This document shows, piece after piece, positions 19,843 to 30,600 of a stretch of 64,000 nucleotides of DNA. Below the pieces are notes generated by a model. The model did no database searches and was not told the DNA's origin. It saw nothing but the letters and a program-made list of their open reading frames with translations. This DNA comes from Candidatus Kapaibacterium sp. (GTDB lineage: Bacteria; Bacteroidota; Ignavibacteria; Kapaibacteriales; UBA2268). The stretch lies in contig OY761611.1 in assembly GCA_963664875.1 (NCBI GenBank), positions 1,216,001 to 1,280,000 on the forward strand. The letters are read 5' to 3'. The stretch's first letter is position 1; each line of letters begins with the position of its first letter. The position numbers and the translations under genes are program-made.

Positions 19843-21147
19843 CTACTCTTTCTTTCTTGCGACTCCAATCCCGACAGACAGTTTTCTTGAATAGTCAGGC
19901 CGTTCACTTTTCATTACATTACAGTTATTGATAAGCATTATGCTTGAGCCACCACCATCTAAATTCATGGCTTCGTAGCAGCCCAGCTTTTTCATGATGC
20001 GAGCAAGCTCAGTGAGATTTGCACCGTTTGTTTTATTTTTTCGATTGCCCTGCTCGACTGTAACTATAAATACTTTAGACTTGTCTTTAGAAAAGCCAAT
20101 AGCAGTACGAGGCAATCTATGTCTGATAAATCTTCGCCCTTTTGAGCCTTCCGCTATTGCTTCATGCCTGTCTTTTCCTTTTCTGACAAGCCGCGGAGTG
20201 CCGGATACAGAATTGAAAAACACAGTTTTTTTCATGATGTTTGTTTGATATAAAATCTGTATAGTGTCGTTAAGGATTGGTATCTTATAAGCAGGTATAT
20301 CAGCTCCAAATGAAATTATGCAGCCATTTTCCGGCATATTGACAGTACCTTCGGTTTCTTGCCTTACTACACATTTGACAGGGCTATTTACTGTCGGTTT
20401 TTCCAAATACTCAACAACAATTTTTTTCATAGCAAACTCAGTCATTGAAGCCTGTTTTTCGGAGATGAGATTATCTCTAAACTCATCATAATCCAAGCCT
20501 TCTTCGGTAGAATCAGCTATACTTTCGTCAAACTCATTTTCTTTAACAGCCTGTTCGAAAGCATCAGAAATAACAGATGATTTGATATATGGAATAGTTT
20601 CTCCACCATATTTGTTATAAACCACTATCCCCGTAGAATCTTTTCTTCTGTTGGTAAAATCTATTTGCATAGAATCTTTGCCATAAATTATCTTCCCTGA
20701 AATATCAAAAGTATCAATTACAGGAGAGTTTAACTTATCAAAAAAAATACTACTCCACTGCTTATGCCTGTGCATCTGAAGCACTTCTCCATCAATAACA
20801 GTAGGTCCTATCGGAAAATTGGAATACGCTCTCCAAAAGTTAGCGTTTACTGCCCCGAGTATTTCATAGTTATCATTGTCGTAAGAACTTACTATGTCAT
20901 GGAGTTTCTCTAATTCTGAGTTATTGTTTTTGGCTTTTAAAACTTTTATGAAGTTCTGAGGTATCATTCTGCTGACTTCTATAATATGAACCGAATGTTT
21001 ACGGCTTCCGGTAGAAGTCATTATTTTATTAGTATAGATAGCTCCAAGCCCAAGAATAGAGTCTTTGACAATTATATCTTTTGCAGGTAATAAGTCGGAA
21101 CCAATCACTGTGAAGAGGAATAACAAAATTATGTATTTGATTTTCAT
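19843..21147 (-). CDS. Secreted phosphodiester glycosidase (NAGPA) family protein
   Basis: Signal peptide, AVNANF, PRTAIG and AMNLDGGGSS motifs. Confidence 0.85.
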   Translation of the reverse strand: MKIKYIILLFLFTVIGSDLLPAKDIIVKDSILGLGAIYTNKIMTSTGSRKHSVHIIEVSRMIPQNFIKVLKAKNNNSELEKLHDIVSSYDNDNYEILGAVNANFWRAYSNFPIGPTVIDGEVLQMHRHKQWSSIFFDKLNSPVIDTFDISGKIIYGKDSMQIDFTNRRKDSTGIVVYNKYGGETIPYIKSSVISDAFEQAVKENEFDESIADSTEEGLDYDEFRDNLISEKQASMTEFAMKKIVVEYLEKPTVNSPVKCVVRQETEGTVNMPENGCIISFGADIPAYKIPILNDTIQILYQTNIMKKTVFFNSVSGTPRLVRKGKDRHEAIAEGSKGRRFIRHRLPRTAIGFSKDKSKVFIVTVEQGNRKNKTNGANLTELARIMKKLGCYEAMNLDGGGSSIMLINNCNVMKSERPDYSRKLSVGIGVARKKE

Positions 21148-21242
21148 ATATAATATTAAGTGTATTTAATAGTCGTGATATGATATATTGCTCGTGCAAA
21201 ATATCAATAAGAAACACAATAACAAAATAAAAAGGAGATAAT

Positions 21243-22025
21243 ATGCCTTACGAAAACATTAAGCTAAACATAGAAAACAATATCGCCATCATAACACTGA
21301 ACAGACCTCAGAAACTAAACGCTCTTAATTTCCAATTATTAAAAGAGTTAGAATCTGCTTTAAAAGAGATCTATACCAATACTCTTATCAAAGCCCTGAT
21401 AATAACAGGCGATGGAGAAAAAGCATTTGCAGCAGGTGCTGATATAGCAGAATTGCACGAAAACGATAAAGCACATGGCACTATGTTCTCTGAGTATGGT
21501 TCTTACGTTTTTCGAATGATCGAGCAATTAGAAATCCCATCTATTGCTGCAATCAACGGTTTCGCTTTAGGAGGCGGTTGCGAATTGGCACTTTCATGCG
21601 ACATTCGTTTTGCTTCGGAAAATGCAAAACTCGGACAGCCGGAAGTAAATCTTGGTATTATACCGGGATACGGAGGTACTCAGCGTTTGACTCACTTGGT
21701 AGGCTCAGCAAAATCCATGGAACTTATTCTAAGCGGAGATGTAATTGATGCCTCAGAAGCTGAAAAAATTGGTCTAGTAAATAAAGTATATTCGCCGGAT
21801 AATCTATTACAAGAATCTATTGACTTTGCAAACAAAATAGCATCAAAAAGCAAACCCGTGATAGCAGCAGCCAGAAAAGCAATCATTGCAGCTTCGAACC
21901 TCAGCAAATTAGAAGGTCTGCGTTATGAATCTGAATTGTTCGGAGAGCTATGTATCACTGACGATTTCAAAGAAGGTACAAAAGCATTTTTAGAAAAAAG
22001 AAAACCGGATTTTAAGGACAAGTAG
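21243..22025 (+). CDS. Enoyl-CoA hydratase (crotonase)
   Basis: AFAAGADI, GFALGGGCEL and GQPEVNLGIIPGYGGTQRL motifs. AAGGAG RBS. Confidence 0.95.
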   Translation: MPYENIKLNIENNIAIITLNRPQKLNALNFQLLKELESALKEIYTNTLIKALIITGDGEKAFAAGADIAELHENDKAHGTMFSEYGSYVFRMIEQLEIPSIAAINGFALGGGCELALSCDIRFASENAKLGQPEVNLGIIPGYGGTQRLTHLVGSAKSMELILSGDVIDASEAEKIGLVNKVYSPDNLLQESIDFANKIASKSKPVIAAARKAIIAASNLSKLEGLRYESELFGELCITDDFKEGTKAFLEKRKPDFKDK

Positions 22026-22054
22026 AACATTGTCAGTCTAGAAGAATCAAATGG

Positions 22055-22094
22055 AAACGCAGGGAAACAAGCATATATTCTCTGCGTTTTTTTT
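22055..22094 (+). terminator. Intrinsic terminator
   Basis: AAACGCAG(G)GAA...TTCTCTGCGTTT followed by a T-run. Confidence 0.7.
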
Positions 22095-22259
22095 GCAATA
22101 CCAAATATCGAAATAAGTTACTAACATTATGAAAATCAATAAAATAGGTACTTCAGATTAGAAAGGTATTGCCGATATTAGAAGTATATGATTGGAACAA
22201 AATTAGATCGGTGAGATTTATTAGACAAAAAGTTTTGACTTAAGAGAAAGGATTCTCCA

Positions 22260-25200
22260 ATGAAGGAAATTTACGGATATAGAAAGTTTCTTATAGCCCT
22301 GATATTGCTGTTTGCGGTATCGGGTATTGATGTATATGCTCAAACGAATTGGACTGGTGGTGGTTTAGATGATAATTGGAGCAATGCTGCTAATTGGGAC
22401 AATGGGATACCAGATCAATTTGCTGATGTTACAATACCAAATAATGTAAACATAATAATAAACACAGCTGCCTCTTGTAAAAGCCTCACATTCAACGACG
22501 TTGGCGTAGGTAATTCTACTATCACAGCAAGTGGATCTCGGACTCTAACAATGTACGGCGATTTGGATCTAACCGGAACTGACGATATACTTACTATCTC
22601 GCAAGGTGTCGGCACTCTTAATCTTACCTTCATGGGAGCCGGAAATATTACTACAGGCTCTGACGGAGATATTACTGTAAATAATTTAGTAGTAAATGCC
22701 GGTGCAGGTATAGTAAACTTAATAGGTGGCACTGATGATGATGACATTATTGTAAAAGGGAATATTACTGTTGGAAATTTAAGTTCACTCTTAGATGGTG
22801 GCACTGATGTACGTTTAGTAATGAATGGTGGTATAACACAAAGCATTACTATCTATTCATTAGGTATTTTTTCCATTTCAGATTTGTTTATTGATGGTGC
22901 GGGAACAGATGTACGAACTAACTCCAATATTCAAATTGGAGAATTAGATATCAATAACGGCTCATTTACACAAACAGCAGGAATAACAAAGATATCTGAA
23001 AGTTCAAATTATACAGCAGGTTCAGCTACCTTTGTTAATTTAGACATTACAGCCGGCGGAGCTATCACATGGAATATACCTTGCACTATCAATGGTACAT
23101 TCAATAAATCCGGTGCAGGAACACTAGATATAACAGATGAAATTACTTTTGATAATAGTGCATCAAGAAGTCTCACTTGCGCAGGTGGTACCGTAACTTT
23201 CGAAAATATAACTGTTACAGCAGGTTCTGATGTTACAACATCAAGCTCGTTTACAATTGGTGATGGAACACTCGGCTCAACTTTTACTGTGAATAACGGT
23301 GCAACTTTTATCGCCTCAGGTGGCACACAAACCCTGAACGGAACTACTACAGCTGTTGATATAGTCAATAACAGCGGTACTATTACTTTTAATGACTTAG
23401 TCTGCTCGGCAGGTTTTACAACATTAAATGGCTCGGCAGATTGTGCATCTCTTGCAGTAGGTATAACAGGAAGATTCAATGCCAAAGACGGCACAAATGA
23501 CCAACTGACACTATCCGGCAATCTTACAATGACAGCCGGTGGCCGATTTGGGAATGGAATAGCACCGGATGTGATTTTTGATGCACCCGCTGCTATAAAT
23601 ACAGGAGCGGATGCAGACATTACATTCAATGATCTAACGATTTCAAGTGCAGCTGTAACATTAACAGGTAGTGCAGATGACGATGATTTGTTAATACAGG
23701 GAGATGTAAATCTCACCGGAACTGCCAGCTTGCAAGATGGTGGCGGTAATGATGTAAGACTTGTTTTTAATACGGTTGGAGTGCACAATATTGATGTTGC
23801 AAGTGGAGCAAGTTTTAATATTACTGATTTGTTTATAGATATTGCAGGCACTGACGTCAGAACTTCTTCAAATCTTACAATAGAAGAATTTGACATCAAC
23901 AACGGATCATTTACGCAAAGTGCAGGAACAACCTATATAACTGAAGATCCTTTTTATACAGGTGGTACTGTGCAATTTTACAATCTGAATGTAAATACGA
24001 CTTCAGGGAATATGGCTTGGGCTATGCCTATGACCATTCGAGGGAACTTCACACAAACAGGTGCTTTTACGCTTACTTCAAGTGCAACTACCACCATAAA
24101 TAATACTGCAACAAGAACCTTCTCTTTTGTTTCAGATAAGGTTACTCTTGATGTTTTAGATATACAGGCAAATTCTGATATAACTACTACAAGTACTTTT
24201 GCTTTTGCCGGTGGTGCTTCGCTAACTGTTGGTGTAGGTGGCTCGTTCACTGCAAATAGCACAAGCATTGTAAGCATCGACCCAACAGGTGGATTTACAA
24301 TTACAAATAACGGTGGAAATGACTCAGATATAAGCTTTTATGATTTAACTTTACTCAATAACGCCGGAACTGTAACAACCGGAACTGATATGGTCATAAC
24401 AGGTGATTTCACAGTACCTACTAACGCTATTTTTGATGCAACTGCAGGTACTGTTAAGTTTGACAATACTGCTTCAAGGAATATCGCAGTTGATGGCACT
24501 CTTACATTCTGTACTTTAGAATTAGATGCGAACTCGACTGTTGTCTCTGACAAAGGCTTTTATATTTCCAACAACAATTTTGCTCAATCAGCAGGTATTA
24601 CCATTGGGACTTCATCTTCTTTAACATTCTCAGATCCTACAGCAAATGTAATATTTGGACAAACTGCTGAAAACGGGCAAAATAAGAGCATAGTCAATAA
24701 TGGAACACTTGTTTTCAATAACCTCAGTGCGTCGGATTTAGCAAATAATAATGTAATTACTTCTGATGATTTTACTATAGCAGGTACTACTTTTGATATG
24801 GGTTCTGCTAACGGTGCTACATTCACCGCAAGTGGTGGCGAAATCACTTTCACAGGAAACTGCTTAATAGGCGGACATCCCGTGCTTCAGGTTACGCTTT
24901 GGGATATTCTGACAAGCGGAACAGCTCAGGTTACTTTTAACGATGGTGACTTATTCTCAGTAAAAGGTGATATTACCTGTAACGCTACTTCTACTTTCAA
25001 AGCTGCCGGCAATGCTGCAAGTCTAACTTTGGATGGAACAAGTTTACAGACTCTTGGGGGTAATAGTTCAGCTTCTTATCCATTTTCTTTTGGAATTTTG
25101 ATAGTTAATAAAACTCAAAACTCCTCCCCTGCTGATTATGTCAATTTAGAATTAGATACAGAGATTCAGTCAGGCGGAGCTTTAACATTAACTGATGGTA

Positions 25201-27632
25201 TATTAGACCTTGGAACAATTGATTTCAAAGTTGCAAATGCCACAGTAGGTTCAACAAACGGACATATAAATGGGAACGCAGGTACGTATATTGTAGCTGC
25301 AACTCATACAGGAATTACTCTTTCTGATGCACTATTTACGCCTGATATTCCAAGTGGAACAGGTGCATCTCTATATAATCTGCAGTTAGGCGACGATGCT
25401 TCGGGTGGCGATAATGAAACATTAGACGGAGATTTGACTATAAATAATGATTTGATACTTCTTGGTGGTGATTTAGATATTGATTCACATACTTTAACAG
25501 TATCGGGAGATATTACTCATACAACATTAGCAGAGAAAATCACTTTTTCTACAGGTAAAATCATATTAGATGGCTCAGGTACAGTAAGTAATTTGTCAAA
25601 CACACTATTTACAGGTACTACTTCTGCTCCTTTTATCGAATTCCAGAGACAAGAAACACTGACTGGTGATTTGACTTTTAACAATACTGATTTGACTTTA
25701 AACTCAACTACAGGCAATTTGCTTTTAGAAACTTATACATTAGAGTTCCAAGGCACAGGGCAGCCAATTATTCTATCCGGTTCACTTGATGCCAATCTGG
25801 CTGAAGTAATTCTTACAGCATCTACAACTGAAATACCTGCTTCTATGTTTGTAGATGATAAAGTAGATAAAATTACTGTAGCTACTATGGTAACTCTTTT
25901 CTGTAACTTGGAAGTTATTACTTCAATTACAGGGAACTACGACTTGAATACAGGCGAATACTATCTTGATTTATCATCAGGTGCTACTCATGAGTTCGAC
26001 CAAAATGACAACGTTATCGGTCGCCTCAGAAAAACTGTTTCAGGTAGCAGCGCAACTTTGTTTGAACTCGGTTGTGGAAACAGTAACGGCTACACTCCTT
26101 TAGAAATTAAATTCTACAATTCAAATACCTCTCAGGTAGTAGAAGTATCAGCCGAACAAACAAGTCCTGTTTACGGAAGACCGGGAGATCAAAAAAGAGC
26201 GTTTAATATTGAATGGTATGTAGAGCCTATCGGAACAGTTAATAATGCAAATGACTCAGTTCAAATCAATTTTGGCTGGGGTGCAGGGTTAAATAACGAT
26301 GGCCTTTCAGCTGTAAATAATGAAACTTTTTCTGCGAGATGGACAGGTACAGAATGGATAGACTACCGCAATTCTCATAAGACGGGCAAAAGAAATATAG
26401 GTAATTCTGACGATGGTATGTCTATGGGCTCGTATATCTCATACCCTATTAAGGCTGATGATTTTGGTGGTTATTATGCTGTTTTTGATGCAGAATCATC
26501 TTCAGATGAAGCCAAAGATGCAGCACTTGCCTTGCCTCTATACAAATTGGAATGTATCTCTCAACCAACTATTGTAGATGCAGGAAGCCCGTTTGATGTA
26601 GTATTCCAATTACAAAATCAATGGGGATACCCGGATACAACTGCAACTCCATTGACTATTACAATCACAGTTTTGGAAACTTGTGTTACTCTGACAAATT
26701 CTCCAATAACAGTTATCATGCCGGCTAACTCAGATAGAGTAACAGTGCCCGGCTTGATGTTGCATCCGGATAATTCAATCAATGCTGAAATAAAAGCTGT
26801 TACAACATACAAAGGATATTCTACATACGGTGTTTCCGGTCCAATAGATATTCTGCAGGTACAGCCACAACTACCTTGTACAAATCTGACTTTATCTGCT
26901 ATAACTGCAACGTCAATGACTGTTTCATTCACAGGCACAGGGACAGCGCACGATAAAGCTATAATCGTAGCAAGAATTGACAGTTTGCTTGTTAACTCTG
27001 AATTCCCACAAGATGGTCAGACATACAGTGGCAATACAGTTTTTGGTGCCGGCTCTCAAATAGGTAACGGGTTGGTTATCTACAACGGAGATGGAGAGTA
27101 TAATCACTCATTTACTCTTTCAGGTTTAGTCCCCGGCAGAAGATATTCTTTCAGAGTATTCTCATTCCAAGGTGCCAACGGTACTGAAAACTACAATCAC
27201 ACCCCGGGTAGCTTATCTACCAGAAATGCTACTACTCTGACAGGAACTGATGATGATGTTGTTTTTGGGTCAAATGATACCGAAGGAGATGCCAAATTAG
27301 TAGGAACAAACCAAGATTTTCAGGGAATCGTGGATTCAGATACAGATGAGGATTGGTTCCGCTTCCTGGTTACAAGTGCTTCGACAAATGTTAGAGTTAA
27401 GCTGACAAATGTTCCTGCCAATTATAACTTAGAGCTGTATAATTCTACCGGTAGAAGAATACGCAGAGCGTTTTTATTAGGTAGAGAAAATGAGTACCTT
27501 GTAGTTAATAATTTGACCACAGGCAGCTATAAAATTCGTATCTACGGACAGAACGGTGCTTATGACGATACAAATCCATATACTATAGAAGTTGAAACAG
27601 ACAACGACGAAATCTTCAGCGTTTCTGAGTAG
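22260..27632 (+). CDS. Large secreted beta-solenoid/adhesin-like protein with internal duplication, FN3-like and C-terminal PPC-like domain
   Basis: Sec signal (VYA-Q), WTG...NWSNAANW N-terminus, T/G/N-rich beta-strand repeats, SGLVPGRRYSFRVF FN3-like segment and DEDWFRF...YNLELY...GSYKIRI PPC-like end. Confidence 0.8.
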   Translation: MKEIYGYRKFLIALILLFAVSGIDVYAQTNWTGGGLDDNWSNAANWDNGIPDQFADVTIPNNVNIIINTAASCKSLTFNDVGVGNSTITASGSRTLTMYGDLDLTGTDDILTISQGVGTLNLTFMGAGNITTGSDGDITVNNLVVNAGAGIVNLIGGTDDDDIIVKGNITVGNLSSLLDGGTDVRLVMNGGITQSITIYSLGIFSISDLFIDGAGTDVRTNSNIQIGELDINNGSFTQTAGITKISESSNYTAGSATFVNLDITAGGAITWNIPCTINGTFNKSGAGTLDITDEITFDNSASRSLTCAGGTVTFENITVTAGSDVTTSSSFTIGDGTLGSTFTVNNGATFIASGGTQTLNGTTTAVDIVNNSGTITFNDLVCSAGFTTLNGSADCASLAVGITGRFNAKDGTNDQLTLSGNLTMTAGGRFGNGIAPDVIFDAPAAINTGADADITFNDLTISSAAVTLTGSADDDDLLIQGDVNLTGTASLQDGGGNDVRLVFNTVGVHNIDVASGASFNITDLFIDIAGTDVRTSSNLTIEEFDINNGSFTQSAGTTYITEDPFYTGGTVQFYNLNVNTTSGNMAWAMPMTIRGNFTQTGAFTLTSSATTTINNTATRTFSFVSDKVTLDVLDIQANSDITTTSTFAFAGGASLTVGVGGSFTANSTSIVSIDPTGGFTITNNGGNDSDISFYDLTLLNNAGTVTTGTDMVITGDFTVPTNAIFDATAGTVKFDNTASRNIAVDGTLTFCTLELDANSTVVSDKGFYISNNNFAQSAGITIGTSSSLTFSDPTANVIFGQTAENGQNKSIVNNGTLVFNNLSASDLANNNVITSDDFTIAGTTFDMGSANGATFTASGGEITFTGNCLIGGHPVLQVTLWDILTSGTAQVTFNDGDLFSVKGDITCNATSTFKAAGNAASLTLDGTSLQTLGGNSSASYPFSFGILIVNKTQNSSPADYVNLELDTEIQSGGALTLTDGILDLGTIDFKVANATVGSTNGHINGNAGTYIVAATHTGITLSDALFTPDIPSGTGASLYNLQLGDDASGGDNETLDGDLTINNDLILLGGDLDIDSHTLTVSGDITHTTLAEKITFSTGKIILDGSGTVSNLSNTLFTGTTSAPFIEFQRQETLTGDLTFNNTDLTLNSTTGNLLLETYTLEFQGTGQPIILSGSLDANLAEVILTASTTEIPASMFVDDKVDKITVATMVTLFCNLEVITSITGNYDLNTGEYYLDLSSGATHEFDQNDNVIGRLRKTVSGSSATLFELGCGNSNGYTPLEIKFYNSNTSQVVEVSAEQTSPVYGRPGDQKRAFNIEWYVEPIGTVNNANDSVQINFGWGAGLNNDGLSAVNNETFSARWTGTEWIDYRNSHKTGKRNIGNSDDGMSMGSYISYPIKADDFGGYYAVFDAESSSDEAKDAALALPLYKLECISQPTIVDAGSPFDVVFQLQNQWGYPDTTATPLTITITVLETCVTLTNSPITVIMPANSDRVTVPGLMLHPDNSINAEIKAVTTYKGYSTYGVSGPIDILQVQPQLPCTNLTLSAITATSMTVSFTGTGTAHDKAIIVARIDSLLVNSEFPQDGQTYSGNTVFGAGSQIGNGLVIYNGDGEYNHSFTLSGLVPGRRYSFRVFSFQGANGTENYNHTPGSLSTRNATTLTGTDDDVVFGSNDTEGDAKLVGTNQDFQGIVDSDTDEDWFRFLVTSASTNVRVKLTNVPANYNLELYNSTGRRIRRAFLLGRENEYLVVNNLTTGSYKIRIYGQNGAYDDTNPYTIEVETDNDEIFSVSE

Positions 27633-27653
27633 ATTGATAGATTTTTTTGAATG

Positions 27654-27688
27654 ACTGCAACAACAATTATCTTCACTAATGTTGCAGT
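27654..27688. terminator. Inverted repeat between convergent genes (probable terminator)
   Basis: ACTGCAACA...TGTTGCAGT. Confidence 0.5.
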
Positions 27689-30600
27689 TATTCAAAATTA
27701 GACTTAATTCCTTCAATAATAGATACAGTCTTATCTATATCGTATTCATTTATAGCCTCAACTAATATTTTAGCTACTTTTTCCCAATATATCAGTTTGT
27801 GCTTTATGGCAAATTGCGAAAAAGCGTCAGCGAATAGCATCATCTCGTCATCAATGAACATCTCCAATAGTTCATCAATTTTTGCCCCAAAAATTTGCCG
27901 GAACTCTGATGATACCGATTTAGGGATAATCTGAAACATTGTATCATCAGTTTCAATCGCATCTTCATTGCTTTTTATATTTATTTTGATTTGATACTTC
28001 AAAAATTTCATTAGCTGGCTAATAATTTGATTTTTTTGAACAGGCTTCCTCAAATAAGCATCAAACAGATCTTCTCTGTAATCATCTGATTCCCAGTCCG
28101 CAGCAGCAGTAATTGCAATTACTTTTGGAATTTTTTGAGTTCTTTCATTTTTGATAATCTGAGTTGCCTGAATGCCACTCATGACCGGCATCTTCAAATC
28201 CATCAGAACAATATCAGGTTGGAATTTTTCTACCATTTCAACGGCTTCTCTACCATTAGTAGCTTCTATAAAATCAAAATTATAATTCATCAGGAAAGAC
28301 TTAAGCAAAAATCGATTGTCGTAAATGTCATCTACCAATAAAATTTTGGCAGCTTCAAAAACGATTTCTCCATCTTCCCAAGAAAAAATATCATCAGGAT
28401 TAGAATCAAGCGGAGACACCTCTATATTAGATAGAGTAACTATAAACTCAGACCCTTCATTTTCTTTGCTTTTGAGCTGTATGTCGCCTCCCATCGCAGT
28501 ACAAAGTCGCTTAGTGATAGCCAATCCCAAACCTGTACCTGCATATTTTTTCGAATCCTGGCCGGACTGCTGACTAAATGCATCAAATATAATTTCCTGA
28601 AAACTATCACTAATACCAATCCCTGTATCTAAGACTCTTATAGAAATATCATATCTGCCTTCTTGATTCTCGAAAGCTCCGAAATGTACTTTAACATATC
28701 CATATTCTGTAAATTTGAGTGCATTACCTATTAGATTTAATAGTATCTGTCTAAGCCTAATTTCGTCAGATATGATATAGAGTGGAACTTCAGAATCTAT
28801 CTCATAAATCAAGTCAACAGCTTTATCTTTTGCACTTTTTGAAAACATAGAGATTAGCTCTTTTATCATTCTCGTGATAGAAACCGGTTCGTGTGTAATG
28901 TCAAATTTTCCTGATTCAATTTTTGATAAATCAAGAATATCATTTATCAAATGCAGTAAAGTTTCTCCGCTTTTGAGTACAGTTCTCAAATATTCGTGGT
29001 GCTGTGCGTTTTCAGTTGTATTCAGCATGAGTTCAGTAAACCCAAGAATTGAATTCATTGGAGTTCTAATCTCATGACTCATATTTGCAATGAATTCAGA
29101 TTTTGCTTTATTTGCATTCTCAGCGTTCTGCTTTGCTATTAGCAATTCAGACTCTGCTTTTTTTTGTGCAGTAATATCTGTCATTACTGTTAGAAAATAT
29201 TTTGACCTTTGGTCTTCAATAATTTCCCCAGCAAATAGCCCTGTAAGTATTTTACCTGATTTAGTTTTAATATCGAGTTCAACCCCGCTGATTTTGCCAT
29301 GTTTTTCTAAGACTGATGCGATAAGCTGCTGCTGATCGGCACTTACAAACAAATCAATGTCAGAAGCTGATTTACCTATGATTTCTGCTTTCGAATAGCC
29401 TAAAGTGTCGAGGAAAGCTGAATTTACCTCTGCAAATGTTCTGGAAGGCAACTCGCTTACTGCCATAAGTGCCGGATTGTTTTCGAAAAGTTTGTTAAAC
29501 TTTTCGAGAGCCTCCTGCTGAAAAGTCAAATCTTTGGAAATGCCAAAAATAACATCTTCCTTGTTCCAAGTTCCGAACCAAATTTTAGTTTCAACAGGAA
29601 TATAATGCCCTGATTTGGCTTGTAAAGGAAGCGGACATGAGTCTCTAAGTCCATTTATCATATCACCGAAAATGACAGTCGCTTCGTCCCTTTTTTCAGG
29701 CGGATGCACTCCAAGTATTCCGAGATTAGTTAATTCTTCTAAGTTATAACCAAGTTTCTTTTCTACTGCATTATTTGTATAAATAATTTCACCATTCGGT
29801 CTGCCTATGAAAATTAGATCGTCCATCGAATCAAAAAATAACCTAAAGTTCTGCTCACTTGAAATAAGCATATCTTCCATTTCTTTTCGTTTAGTTATAT
29901 CACTTATCGATCCACCTATGCTAAAATGCTGTTGTTCCTCGTTTTTAAAAATTTCTCCTTTAGAAAGAACCCAAATAACTCTCCCGTCTGTATGCTTCAT
30001 ACGGAATTGGATTTCAATCTTGCTTTTGCCTTTTTTTAATAAAGCTTCGATATCTTGCTGCAAAATTGGTTTATCTTCTTCATAAACCAAATCCAAAAAG
30101 TCACTATGTTTATTTATTTCAGTATCTTGAGTTATTCCCAATATCTCTTTCCATCTTTCGGAAACTTCCAAAGAATTATTCTCAAGATTCCAAAGCCACA
30201 ATCCATCATTTGTACCTTTGGCAGCTAATTCCAAAGCGATTTTTGTTTTTTGATTTTCTATTTCCTCTTCTTTTCTCGCAGTTATATCTATATGTGTACC
30301 AAACATCCAAAGCGGTTCACCGTTAGAACTTCGAGACAGGAGCTTACCCCTATCCGAAATCCAAACCCAGTGACCATCTTTGTGCTTCATTCTTGCTTCA
30401 AGTTCGTAAAACTCAATTTCGCCGTCAAAATGTTTTTTTATGAGTTCAGTGCTTCTCATCAAGTCTTCCGGGTGAGTCAGATTCATCCATGTTTCTATGC
30501 TTATGGGGCTAAGCTCTTCGAGAGTATATCCTACAATTTCTGACCATCTGTCATTAAAAATCACTTCTCCCGTTTGCACATTCCACTCCCAAGTGCCCGA

